NCBI GenBank assembly: GCA_963835065.1
Contig: CAWIEK010000037.1
Location: 96,001-160,000, forward strand
DNA length: 64,000 nt
Direction of reading: 5' to 3'
Origin: an uncultured Chthonomonadaceae bacterium
GTDB lineage: Bacteria; Armatimonadota; Chthonomonadetes; Chthonomonadales; Chthonomonadaceae
The position numbers and the translations under genes are program-made. Position 1 is the first letter of the stretch. Every line of letters starts with the position of its first letter. Below are positions 10,110 to 19,412 of the stretch, one piece after another. The notes under the pieces were generated by a model. The model was not told the origin of the DNA, searched no databases, and saw only the letters and a list, made by a program, of their open reading frames with translations.

Positions 10110-10698
10110 ACGAGATAGAACCTTAATAATCGTGATGGTTCTCGTGCTGCTCGTGGCGGGTGTGCTGGTACTAAGCCCTTCAGGAACCGGGGGCGCGGGC
10201 GCGGGCAAGCAGTTGCCCTTAGCGGATGCGCAAAAGCAGCGAACGGAAAAGAAAAAGCAGTACAAGCAGCTTACGGATGACATGGCCGCGCAGCAGCCGC
10301 GTATCGAGCGCATGACGTACAATATGGCGCCGGAACAATTGAGCGCGACGGTGACGGAAAATTTGTACCTGCTGGCGGACAAAGCCGGTGTGCATATCCG
10401 CGAAATCAAGCCGCTGCGCGCCAAAACGCTGAAATCCGGGAGCATTGCCCGCGTTCCCCTGGAAGTGCGCTTTCGCGCTCCGTTCCAGCCCAACGTGATG
10501 AAATTTTTGTACTTTGCCGAAGACCCGGCCAACAAGATTGTGGTAGATAAAGTGAGCATTACTTCGACGGACACCCACTTGAAGTCGGTGGATGTGGCCG
10601 CGCAAATCAGCGTATTTACGCGCTCCTTGACGGGTTCCTCGTCGGGCGCAGGAGAAGGAGACACCAGTGACAGCACGCCATCAACCAACCGGGGATAA
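10093..10698 (+). CDS. PilO/GspM-like assembly protein
   Basis: MSKRDR + single TM + coiled coil + ferredoxin-like C-terminus; overlaps the stop of the upstream gene. Confidence 0.65.
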   Translation: MQTMSKRDRTLIIVMVLVLLVAGVLVLSPSGTGGAGAGKQLPLADAQKQRTEKKKQYKQLTDDMAAQQPRIERMTYNMAPEQLSATVTENLYLLADKAGVHIREIKPLRAKTLKSGSIARVPLEVRFRAPFQPNVMKFLYFAEDPANKIVVDKVSITSTDTHLKSVDVAAQISVFTRSLTGSSSGAGEGDTSDSTPSTNRG

Positions 10699-11596
10699 AA
10701 ATCTTTCTGGAAAGTCAACGGGAAGAAACCTGCCGCTTTTCGCGCAGCCTGTAAATGCCTCCAAGTTTCCCACTCCCTTGACCGGGAAACCGGGCGTCGG
10801 CTGGTCCCGTCCCGCCGTCTGGAGCCTGGCGGTCATTACCTGCGGCGTACTGCTGGCGCTTGCTCGCCCTGACAACGCGCAGAATGTTCCGGCTTCCCAA
10901 ACATCAGGAACCCGTTCCGGTTCCACGCTCAGGGTGCAGGCGCGAACCACGCCTTCTGCCGCCACGCCTGCCGTGACACCTGCGGGCAATATGCCCGAAG
11001 AAAGCCGCCGCTCCGTTGATTTTTATACGCAGACTGTGCGCGGCAACCTGTTCAATGCGCCGCAGCCTCCGGCTCTGCCTCCGGTGAAATTGCCACCCCC
11101 GGTCGTGGTGGTACAGCCCAAGCCACCCGTTGTGCCGCCGGTTGAAATCAATCCGTTCGCGGACTGGTCGTACACGGGAACCATGACATCGGGCGATCAA
11201 GTGACCGCGCTGATCGAGAATACCAAGACCAAAGAAGGCCAGTTCGTCAAAGCCGGCGACAGCTTCATGGGATCGCAGGTCGCCTCCATCACGGATCAGC
11301 AAATCATCCTGCAATCCGGTAAAACATCGCGCATGTTGGCAAAGTCCGACAATTGGGCGGTAACACCTCTGGATCGGAGCGCCATTCCGTCCGCCGGCCC
11401 GCAGGCCGCGCCGCAGGCAGCCGCGCCGCAGGCCGTGCAGGTGCAGATTGATATGAGCGCCCTGCAGAACCTGGGCAATCGTGGACGCGGAGGACGCGGA
11501 GGCGGTCAGGGCTTTACCTTGCCCAACGGACGCACGTTCAACCCGCAGCAGTGGCAGCAACGGTCACAGCGCATGAACCAGAACTTCAATCAGTAA
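10667..11596 (+). CDS. GspC/PilP-like periplasmic protein
   Basis: TM, Pro-rich linker, NLF..P and NPFADWSYTG..ALIEN..GQFVKAGDSF (HR-domain-like). Start uncertain. Confidence 0.5.
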   Translation: MTARHQPTGDKNLSGKSTGRNLPLFAQPVNASKFPTPLTGKPGVGWSRPAVWSLAVITCGVLLALARPDNAQNVPASQTSGTRSGSTLRVQARTTPSAATPAVTPAGNMPEESRRSVDFYTQTVRGNLFNAPQPPALPPVKLPPPVVVVQPKPPVVPPVEINPFADWSYTGTMTSGDQVTALIENTKTKEGQFVKAGDSFMGSQVASITDQQIILQSGKTSRMLAKSDNWAVTPLDRSAIPSAGPQAAPQAAAPQAVQVQIDMSALQNLGNRGRGGRGGGQGFTLPNGRTFNPQQWQQRSQRMNQNFNQ

Positions 11597-11602
11597 CTGA
11601 GA

Positions 11603-11658
11603 AGTTGATAGTTGATAGTTGATAGTCACTGCATCTCTATCACTATCAACTATCAACT
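11603..11658. repeat. Inverted heptamer doublet (GTTGATA)n ... (CTATCAA)n
   Basis: Three units in each arm, short spacer, just downstream of the stop. Confidence 0.85.
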
Positions 11659-11727
11659 GATTGTGACGCCCCTTTTGTGCCTCGTGAGCCTGTTCCCTTC
11701 ATGCAACTGCGGAGGGAACCGCGCTAA

Positions 11728-12087
11728 CCAAAGTTTTATACCAACGGCGCAAGCCAGAAAGCAGGTCTGAACAAAAGTATTGGGGATGCGGCATGGAGCA
11801 TGTTCCGCTTTGCCCTTACGTACAAGGCTGCAAGCGCCGGGCGTAAGGTGGTGGAAGTCAACCCTGCCTACACATCTCAGGATTGTTCCTCATGCGGCGA
11901 ACGTGTTCCGAAAGCCCTCAAAGAGCGGGTGCATTTCTGCCCGTGCTGTGGGTTGAGGCTCGACAGAGACACCAACGCCGCTATGAACATTCTCACCCTC
12001 GGTATGGACAAACATAGCATCGCTATGGGACAACATAGCGTCAAGGTTTACCTTATCGAACCGTTTAAGCAGGTGATTGTCACATAG
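11728..12087 (+). mobile_element. IS200/IS605-family TnpB C-terminal remnant
   Basis: In-frame KAGLNKSIGDAAW..FALTYKA..VNPAYTSQDCSSCG..CPCCG..DRDTNAAMNIL (Zn finger + RuvC-III). Stop at 11725 upstream. Ends at GTCAC (12079-12083), resembling a right end. Confidence 0.85.
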
Positions 12088-12151
12088 ATTTAGTTGTTCA
12101 TCAAGGGGCCGCGTGGCGGCTCGGATGGACCAGATTGCGGAGGATAATGCC

Positions 12152-15100
12152 TTGACACACGAATCAAACAGCCTGGCTGCCAGTTATCGGCGCAGAGCCT
12201 GGTGCGCCCGGTTGGGAACCGCCACTTTTGCCACCGGCCTTGTCGTGGCTCTGGCAGGGGCGCAGGCGCAGGATGCGGTAACCCCGGCCCCTCAGCCCGC
12301 TCAGTCCACAACCGATAAGAAGCCTGCCACAACGGCCACGCCGGCAAAGCCGCCCACTTCTTCGGGCAGCAGAGCCGCCGGTACTACGGGCAGGCAAAAT
12401 GGAAGCGCGAACGCGCGGCGTACCGGCCAAAATAACCGTCCAAACAGCAATACTCCCACACGAGGGGCGAACGCGGGTGGCGCGGGTACGCCGGGGCTGA
12501 GCATTGTGCCGATGCAGGGCGGCACGGCTCCCGGACGCGGCGTACCGGGCGCGGGTGGCGTACCGGGCGCAGGCGGACAGTTCACCGGACAGCCGAGCGG
12601 TTTTGGCGGGGCGGGTGGATTCGGCGCAGGCGGCGGCTTTGGACAGGGCGGGCGCGGCAACGGGACCACATTCGCGTTCGAGTTTCGCGGCGCGGACATT
12701 GACAACGTTCTAAAATTCTTTTCCAACAATTCGGGCTTGACCATCACCAAAAACCCCGCCCTGACAGGCCCGGTGACGATTCTCAATCCCACGCCCGTAA
12801 GCCTGGATAAGGCGTTCCTGATCTTGCAGTCCGTTTTGGCCGTGCGCGGATTTACGGCATTGCAGAGCAACGGCGTGCTGTCAATCCTGCCGTTTCAGGG
12901 CGCGAAAACCAGTACGCCTTTGTTTAATTCGGGCATTAACGAAGACGGAACCACGCGGGTTGACTCGCGCAACCAGTTTATGACGCAGGTGATTCCGGTT
13001 GAAAACGTGGATGCGGAAGCCCTGGCGCGAGAACTTAAAGAGCTTTCCAGTCCGGGTTCCAGCCTGATCGGCAGCGCGGGAACCAATTCGCTGATTATCA
13101 CGGATACCGCCAGCAACGTTTCGCGCTTTATTGCCCTCGTGGAGGCGCTGGACAAGTCCTCCAACAGCACAACCGACCTGAGAATCTATCCCCTGACGCG
13201 CTCCGATGCAACGTCCATTGCGCAGATCATTACCGATCTGTACAGCAAGATTACCACGCGCGGACGCGGAGCCGGGGGAGGAGCGCCACAGCCCGGACAG
13301 CCCGGTTTCAATCCCGGCAATCCGCAGCAGGGGCAGGCGGCAAGCGCCGGCCGTCCCGCAGTCGTAGCGACGGCGGATACGGGAACCAACTCGGTTATCG
13401 TCGTGGCCTCACCCGATAATCAGGTGAAAATCGCCCGTGACATCATCACGCGGCTGGATGGCGATGATTCCAACCGGCTGGATACCGTGACGCGCAAGAT
13501 CAACTTCGCGGACGCGCAAACGGTTTCGGATGAAGTGAACAGCGTTCTTTCCAATTCGCGTCCCGGTCAGGGATCGTCGGTAAATCCCTCGTTCCAGCAG
13601 CGTACATTTGGCGGCGGCGGGTTCGGCGGCTTTGGTGGGTTCGGTGGCTTCGGCGGCGGTGGCGGCGGTGGCAGCACCGGCAGTTCCGACCCGTTCGGTA
13701 AGGTGGTTGCCGACCCGCGCACCAATACCGTGCTGATTACCGCGACCAAAGACCGCCTGGCGCGCATCAATGACCTGATTGACAAATTGGATCAGGAAGT
13801 GCCGGTTGAGTCGACAACGTTCGTCTTCCCGCTGAAAAACGCGAACTCCTCGGATGTCGCGCAGGCGCTTGGGCAGGCGTTCCAAACAACCAGCAACTCG
13901 AACAACAACAACAATGGATTCAACTTCTTCGGCAGTTCCAACCAGACCGCCAAAAATCCCTTTGGACGGCAGGGCAATGGAAGCGGTTCGCAGCGTCAGC
14001 TTGGTTCTGTCGGCACAGGCCGGGCCATCGGCGGCAGGGGCGTAGGACGCTCCAATGTGCCGCCCGGCCCGCCCGATGCGCCGGACGGAAGCGGCGGTGA
14101 CGGCAACATTCAGACGAATGGCGGCTCGGCTGTGCCGCAGGGCATTCCCGGCGTTCTGACCGATCAGGGCTTTGTGCCTACGGAAGCCCCCGGCGATGCT
14201 TCCGGCAACGTGAACACCAACGGACAGCCGACGCGCCAGATTTTCGGCGGTTTCGGCGGTTTCGGCGGCGGGCGCGGGCAGCAGCGGTTGGGGCAGGCGC
14301 AAACCCCGCAGTACGGTCAGGGACGCAACGGCGGCTACTCGAACCTGCTGCAGTTGCAGGGGAATGTGTTCGTCACGCCCTCGCCCGAAGGCGATAACCT
14401 GATTATCACCACGCTGCCGCAGAACTACGAGGCGGTACGCCAGATCATTGACGCGCTGGACATTGTGCCCCGCCAGGTCATGATCGAAGTAATCATTGCG
14501 GAAGTGACGCTCGACAGCGACCAGAAACTGGGCTTTACGCTGGGCGGCAACTTCCTCAAGCTGTTTAATACGGCCAACACGGGGCAAGGGCAAATAAACG
14601 TGCCTGCGCCGGGGCTTGGCACGACCTTCGACCCGGCGGCGACGGGGGCGCAGTTCGTCATCAGTGGCGGGAATTACAACACGCTGTTACAGGCGCTGAC
14701 GACGGACAACAAGGTGCATGTTCTCGCCACGCCCCGCGTGTTCGCGTCCAACAACCAATCGGCGGACATTACCATCGCCACGCAGATTCCGTTCTTGCAG
14801 GGAACGACGGCGAGCGCCTTCTCGTCCGTTGTCAGTCAGACGGTGCAAACGGCGCAGGTGGGCTATGACCTGACCGTAACGCCGCGCATCACGCGGCAGG
14901 GGTTGGTGACAATCGCCTTGACGCAGGACGCCAACGCGCTTGTGCGCTTCCAGACACTGGGTTCGGGCGTGAACGCGAGCGTGTACCCGGTTATCAACAC
15001 GCGCAACACGGACACGACCGTAACGGTACAGGACGGAGAAACCATCGTTATCGGCGGCTTGATTCAGGACAACCGCGCCGTGAATATCAACAAAATTCCC

Positions 15101-15571
15101 GTACTGGGCGATATTCCCATCATCGGGCAGTTCTTCCGGTCACGGGAACTGACGCGCAACAAAACGGAACTGATGATCTTCATGACGCCGCATGTGGTCA
15201 ATACGGTGGAAGAAGCGCGTCGGCTGACGGTGCAGCAGGGCGCTCCCCTGACCCGGCAGATTCCCGACCTGTCGCGCCAGCAGCCCAACCTCGCCCTGCC
15301 GACCGTTCCGAAGGGTTATAAGCCCGATCCGAACGCGCCCGTGATTCGCGATCCCTCCGGCAAGGTGATTCCGAACCTGGACGACAAAAAGAACAAAAAC
15401 ACGAGTGACCCGAACAAACTCGGCCCGCTGACCACCCCCGGCACAAACGGCGGAACCGGAACGGGTACAGGCACGGGAAATGGAACCGGCACTGGCACAG
15501 GAACCGGCACGAACAACGGAGGAACGGGAAGCGGAACCGGAACGAACAATGGAGGAACGGGTACGCCGTAG
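12152..15571 (+). CDS. gspD: Type II secretion secretin GspD with Gly/Phe-rich disordered inserts
   Basis: FEFRGADIDNVL N0, repeated N domains (ADPRTNTVLI), LDIVPRQVMIEV, VLATP, VQDGETIVIGGL, KIPVLGDIPIIG, KTELMIFMTP. TTG start after GGAGGA inferred. Confidence 0.9.
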   Translation: MTHESNSLAASYRRRAWCARLGTATFATGLVVALAGAQAQDAVTPAPQPAQSTTDKKPATTATPAKPPTSSGSRAAGTTGRQNGSANARRTGQNNRPNSNTPTRGANAGGAGTPGLSIVPMQGGTAPGRGVPGAGGVPGAGGQFTGQPSGFGGAGGFGAGGGFGQGGRGNGTTFAFEFRGADIDNVLKFFSNNSGLTITKNPALTGPVTILNPTPVSLDKAFLILQSVLAVRGFTALQSNGVLSILPFQGAKTSTPLFNSGINEDGTTRVDSRNQFMTQVIPVENVDAEALARELKELSSPGSSLIGSAGTNSLIITDTASNVSRFIALVEALDKSSNSTTDLRIYPLTRSDATSIAQIITDLYSKITTRGRGAGGGAPQPGQPGFNPGNPQQGQAASAGRPAVVATADTGTNSVIVVASPDNQVKIARDIITRLDGDDSNRLDTVTRKINFADAQTVSDEVNSVLSNSRPGQGSSVNPSFQQRTFGGGGFGGFGGFGGFGGGGGGGSTGSSDPFGKVVADPRTNTVLITATKDRLARINDLIDKLDQEVPVESTTFVFPLKNANSSDVAQALGQAFQTTSNSNNNNNGFNFFGSSNQTAKNPFGRQGNGSGSQRQLGSVGTGRAIGGRGVGRSNVPPGPPDAPDGSGGDGNIQTNGGSAVPQGIPGVLTDQGFVPTEAPGDASGNVNTNGQPTRQIFGGFGGFGGGRGQQRLGQAQTPQYGQGRNGGYSNLLQLQGNVFVTPSPEGDNLIITTLPQNYEAVRQIIDALDIVPRQVMIEVIIAEVTLDSDQKLGFTLGGNFLKLFNTANTGQGQINVPAPGLGTTFDPAATGAQFVISGGNYNTLLQALTTDNKVHVLATPRVFASNNQSADITIATQIPFLQGTTASAFSSVVSQTVQTAQVGYDLTVTPRITRQGLVTIALTQDANALVRFQTLGSGVNASVYPVINTRNTDTTVTVQDGETIVIGGLIQDNRAVNINKIPVLGDIPIIGQFFRSRELTRNKTELMIFMTPHVVNTVEEARRLTVQQGAPLTRQIPDLSRQQPNLALPTVPKGYKPDPNAPVIRDPSGKVIPNLDDKKNKNTSDPNKLGPLTTPGTNGGTGTGTGTGNGTGTGTGTGTNNGGTGSGTGTNNGGTGTP

Positions 15572-15581
15572 GCTGGCTTTA

Positions 15582-15650
15582 CCTCACCGGGCGTCCACTT
15601 GTGGACATACCCCTCTCCTGGCCGCGCAACGCGCTAGGAGAGGGGATTTT
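15582..15650 (+). terminator. Hairpin CCCCTCTCCT...AGGAGAGGGG followed by T-run (terminator/REP-like)
   Basis: Inverted repeat about 15610-15646 then ATTTT, after gspD and facing a convergent gene. Confidence 0.55.
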
Positions 15651-15701
15651 CATGTCATTATATAGTTGCGATTTTGCGGGGAGGGTTGCTGCGTCGAAAA
15701 A

Positions 15702-16070
15702 TCACGTTGTGGTCACTTCTTTGTCAGGAAATGCCTGAAGCGTACATTTAAGTTCCTGAAGCAGCGTGTTCATTTTTTCTGTTTGTTCCTCCCATGCGCG
15801 GCCTGCCTCTGATTCCATTTCGATGTCGCTGAGTTGGTTGGCAACGGCTTCAAGACGCGCGGCTTCTTCCGGCGTGAGGGAGTGTGCCAACTCTTTACTT
15901 GCCAGTTGTTGATATTCCTCACGGAGCGCAATCAGGCTTTCGGCGCGATGGAAACGCCGTACAAGATTACCAACGGCATCGGCAGGCGTGGCTCCTTGAA
16001 CCTGAGCAATCTGCTCAAGCGCGCGATAGGTTGTGAGAGGCAGTTCCAAGCGTTCCTGTGTTTGCGTCAT
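15702..16070 (-). CDS. Small helical hypothetical protein (possibly antitoxin-like)
   Basis: ORF with GGAGG upstream of ATG 16070; coiled-coil character. Confidence 0.55.
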   Translation of the reverse strand: MTQTQERLELPLTTYRALEQIAQVQGATPADAVGNLVRRFHRAESLIALREEYQQLASKELAHSLTPEEAARLEAVANQLSDIEMESEAGRAWEEQTEKMNTLLQELKCTLQAFPDKEVTTT

Positions 16071-16163
16071 ATTTCCCTCCGTTTTCAAATATAGCACAAA
16101 TCCAGCCGCTTTGCCAGCAAAAATAATCTTGCGAACCTGAACACGGATTGGAAGCCATGCCCG

Positions 16164-16748
16164 CTAAACAACGCTGGTTCCGGGTTTGTGGAGGGGGATG
16201 CCTTGCGCGCAGAGGGGGCAGTCTTCCGGGGCGAAGGTTTGCGCCTGAACGGTGAGCAGGGCTTCCTGGCGTGGGCCGAGGACAACGGTTCCGCCGCTGC
16301 GGTCTACGAGGACGGCGACGCCCACGACATTGGCCTGATGTTTGGCGGCAAGTTCGAGACATTCGCGGGTCGCGCCGCCTGTTGTCATGATGTCGTCTAC
16401 AATCAAGACGCGCGTGTTGGGGGCAAGCGTCAGGCCGCGCCGCAGCATCCGCTCGCCGTTTTCTTTTTCCGCATACAGCGCGGGCAGTCCCATTTGCCGC
16501 GCCACTTCAAAGGCCAGCAAAATGCCGCCCGTTGTCGGGCCAAGCGCCACGTCCACCGCATCATCGGCAAACCGGCGCGCGATTTCACCACACAGCGTTT
16601 GCACGTGCTGCGGATGCTGCAGCACCCAGAACTTTTCCCAATACTCGTCGCTGTGCCGCCCCGATGAAAGCCGGAAATGCCCGGTCATCAACGCCTGGCT
16701 GTCAATGAAGATCTGCCGTACCTGCGCTTCTTCAAGCCTGTCTGCCAT
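16164..16748 (-). CDS. pyrE: Orotate phosphoribosyltransferase
   Basis: GHFRLSSGRHS, VLIVDDIMTTGG PRPP motif, CPLC..KPG tail. Confidence 0.95.
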   Translation of the reverse strand: MADRLEEAQVRQIFIDSQALMTGHFRLSSGRHSDEYWEKFWVLQHPQHVQTLCGEIARRFADDAVDVALGPTTGGILLAFEVARQMGLPALYAEKENGERMLRRGLTLAPNTRVLIVDDIMTTGGATRECLELAAKHQANVVGVAVLVDRSGGTVVLGPRQEALLTVQAQTFAPEDCPLCAQGIPLHKPGTSVV

Positions 16749-16830
16749 TCCTGTCGCGCTCCTTGTTTTTTAGGAAATCTTGTGGCACAGTATAGCCGCC
16801 AAAGGGGAGCGATGTAAAGGGTATGGCAGG

Positions 16831-17530
16831 TCATTGGCGCAGTTCGCGCCTGCGCTGCGCCTGCGCCATTTCCAGAACATTGTTCTTGAACAGGTAGCCG
16901 AAACCGGCTTGTTCCAATCGAAGCACAAGGTCATGGTAGGTCGTGCCGAGCGCCTTCGCCGTATCATTGAGATTCCAGTTCTGCCCGGCCAGTTGACTGA
17001 GCAGGTAGGCGCGGCGCGTTTGAGCGGCGGACAGGCGATACGTTTTGAGATATTCCAGATCGCCGTTGTCGCGCACAATCGCCTCGCCGATATGGTTTTC
17101 CTGCTGCGGGTCCAGGTCGGAAATGAAGCGCTGCAGCGTGAACGGCCCAAGCTGATAAACCCTGCTGCTTTGCACATCGCGGCCAAGCAGGTTCCCGGCC
17201 ATCAGGCAATGATACGCCGCCCATTCGGAACGTACCTGCGTAAGCGCGGCGCGAAGCTGCGTCAGATTTGCAATGCTTTTGGCGTCCAGCGTCACTTTGA
17301 CCGGGTACGTTGTATCGCGAGTAGTATGCCGTCTTATGCGGCTGCCCGTTCCCGCCGTTGACCGCAACCACCGCCAGATTCTCATTGTAGCGCTGCTGCG
17401 CCAATCGTAAATCAGACCGTACATTTTGACGCAGGACGGGAACCAGCCGGATTGCGCCGCATACTTGAGATGGCGCAAGTTCCAGCCCGCGCAGGGTAAG
17501 ATTATTCAGTAATGTTGTGTCGCGTGTCAT
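16831..17530 (-). pseudogene. ARPP-2-like protein, frameshifted (probable internal deletion) near 17318
   Basis: N-terminus LRGLELAPSQVCGAIRLVPV..DLRL..AYYS in one frame; C-terminus ENHIGEAI..YLKTYRLSAAQTRRAYLLSQLA..WNL..AGFGYL in another. Confidence 0.65.
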
Positions 17531-17532
17531 GG

Positions 17533-17610
17533 GATTGCCGATTGCCGATTGTTGATTGTTGATGCGGCTTCTGTCTTCTGTCTTCTCTTCTTCTCTTCTT
17601 CTCTTCTTCC
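17533..17610. repeat. Heterologous repeat doublet (GATTGCC/GATTGTT)n + (TCTTC..)n
   Basis: Fills the gap between the two genes of the module. Confidence 0.7.
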
Positions 17611-19065
17611 TTATCCCTCACTTGCGCGCAGCAAGTCACCGGTTCGCGCTGCAAGGTAGGTTTCCAGTTCTTCGCGGGTGGCGGAACCGTCGGCGAAGCG
17701 GGCAAAGCCCAGCACGGTCGGCAAATCTTCCGCGTCGCGCAGGCCGACGGTCGGCACGTAGGGACTGAGCGCGTGGGGCGCAAAGTCATCGCCGTCAAAA
17801 ACCGGGTTGCAGTGGACAATGGACACGGCATGGTTCGGGTCCAAATGCGTCCGCAGGATACGCAGGGCTTCCAGCGCGCCGCAGGGCGGATCGTTTTCGT
17901 AGCCGTCCGAGACAATCACAATCAGTTCCGGCTCCCACTGCATGGCATCGAGCAGGGGCGTTGCAAGGTCAGTCTGCCCGCGCGCCTGCGCCAGCATGGG
18001 CGATTCCGGCTGGCGTGTCCAAAAGGCGCGGTACTCCCGCGCCGCCTGTGCAAGCAGGTAATGCGAAGCCAGCGCAATCCCAAGCGGACGGCGGCGCTTT
18101 TCCGAGGAACCGGAACTGGAATAGCTGCAATCCAATATCGCCGCCACTTTGCCCAATGCAAGCGGCGACTTGCGCAAAGCAGCCTGAGCCGCGTGTTCCA
18201 ACACCGCTGCAAATTCGTCGGCGCGTTCCCGTCGCTCATCAAAGGGCAGGGACAGTATGTAAAGGACAAGGCGCGTAAGCGGCAACCGTGTCCAATCCAT
18301 CTCCAAGTCAACGCGCTTCATGTCAGCCGTAGACGTTTGCAGGCGCAATTTTTCATTGGGCGTCATTTGCGCCTGAATACGCGCCAGAAACTGTTCGCGG
18401 GAAATACGGTGCTTGTGCGCCAGCCCTTCCGCAATGGTATACGGCAGATTGTAAACCGCTTCCGCGCTATAATGCGCCTGCCGAAACGTCTCGAAAAGCG
18501 GCGTTTGAAATCCCGGCGTTCTGCGGAAGTGAAACAAAAAGGAATCGAGTTCGTTGTCCAGTTTCAAATGCGTGTGAAGGGCAATGGAGCGTACTTTGCC
18601 CCGGTATTTGACCGCCTCGAAACTTTGACTGCGCCGCTGCGCCAGATAATCACGGGCAAGCGCGCGGGTTCGGCGGTTGTTGATGCCTCTTTTTCGCGCC
18701 TGTTCCCATAGTTTCCATGCGCGTTGTGGTGGCAGGCCGCGCAAAGCCGCGTTAATGAGCGCGTTTTCTTCCTGCTGGTGTTCGGGTCGCGTGTGCCGTC
18801 CGGCTGCCAGCAGATTGAGAATAATTTGTGCCTGATTGAAGTGGTTGATACCGGCGGCAAGCGTACGCGCGTACAGCAGGCGGTAATTGCCCAGAATGTA
18901 CTCGTGCAGAAAGGCAATGCTGACCTGCTGCGAGTACGCGCTGCCGTAAAACTCGCGCTGCCCTGTACACGCAAAGCAGGCGTTGATAAACATCGTCAAA
19001 TCTTCCCGTACAACCTGCGCCGCGCGGTCTGTAATGCTCTTTTTACGCTCGCTCTTCACGCTCAC
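17611..19065 (-). CDS. Helical-repeat + vWA-domain protein (Ro/TROVE-like architecture)
   Basis: REDLTMFINACFACTGQREFY N-terminus; C-terminal vWA MIDAS elements DCSYS, GQTDL, VIVSDGYEN. GTG start after GGAGAG inferred. Confidence 0.7.
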   Translation of the reverse strand: MSVKSERKKSITDRAAQVVREDLTMFINACFACTGQREFYGSAYSQQVSIAFLHEYILGNYRLLYARTLAAGINHFNQAQIILNLLAAGRHTRPEHQQEENALINAALRGLPPQRAWKLWEQARKRGINNRRTRALARDYLAQRRSQSFEAVKYRGKVRSIALHTHLKLDNELDSFLFHFRRTPGFQTPLFETFRQAHYSAEAVYNLPYTIAEGLAHKHRISREQFLARIQAQMTPNEKLRLQTSTADMKRVDLEMDWTRLPLTRLVLYILSLPFDERRERADEFAAVLEHAAQAALRKSPLALGKVAAILDCSYSSSGSSEKRRRPLGIALASHYLLAQAAREYRAFWTRQPESPMLAQARGQTDLATPLLDAMQWEPELIVIVSDGYENDPPCGALEALRILRTHLDPNHAVSIVHCNPVFDGDDFAPHALSPYVPTVGLRDAEDLPTVLGFARFADGSATREELETYLAARTGDLLRASEG

Positions 19066-19081
19066 TTGCCACTCTCCATAT

Positions 19082-19172
19082 AAAAAAGCCATTTGGGGAA
19101 AGGCGGCGCGACTAGCTGGAACAGCTTCATAGGCTGAAGTCGGAAGTCGCGCCAAAGTCCCGCAAATGGCCT
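19082..19172 (-). ncRNA. Candidate structured small RNA / leader (nested long hairpin ending in U6)
   Basis: GCCATTTG-C-GGGA / GGCGCGACT / CAGC-CTATGAA-GCTG / AGTCGCGCC / TCCC-CAAATGGC-TTTTTT on the minus strand. Confidence 0.6.
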
Positions 19173-19177
19173 GCAAC

Positions 19178-19186
19178 AGTGTAGCA
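19178..19186 (-). promoter_or_regulatory. Extended -10 element TGCTACACT
   Basis: TGn-TAnnnT located about 7 nt upstream of the hairpin 5' end. Confidence 0.5.
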
Positions 19187-19412
19187 CACTGCTTCGTAAC
19201 TCTGACAGGCGATGCGGCGGGAAAAGTTGCAGAGGGGAAGAAGACGGGGAGATGGGGAGAAGAGGAGAGGGGCAGATAAGGGATTCCAACCAAAATAAAT
19301 ATTCCGGTCGCAGACCGGTTGGCGGAACGCCCTTTAGACGGGGTGTTCACGACTTCGGCTAAGTGGAGCGTTTGTTTTATTCAGCATCCTGAAGTAGATG
19401 GGTAGAGGGTAG

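Noticed and set aside
19082..19172. Canonical tRNA gene
   Set aside because: No T-arm GTTC motif, D-arm or CCA; only an anticodon-like arm.
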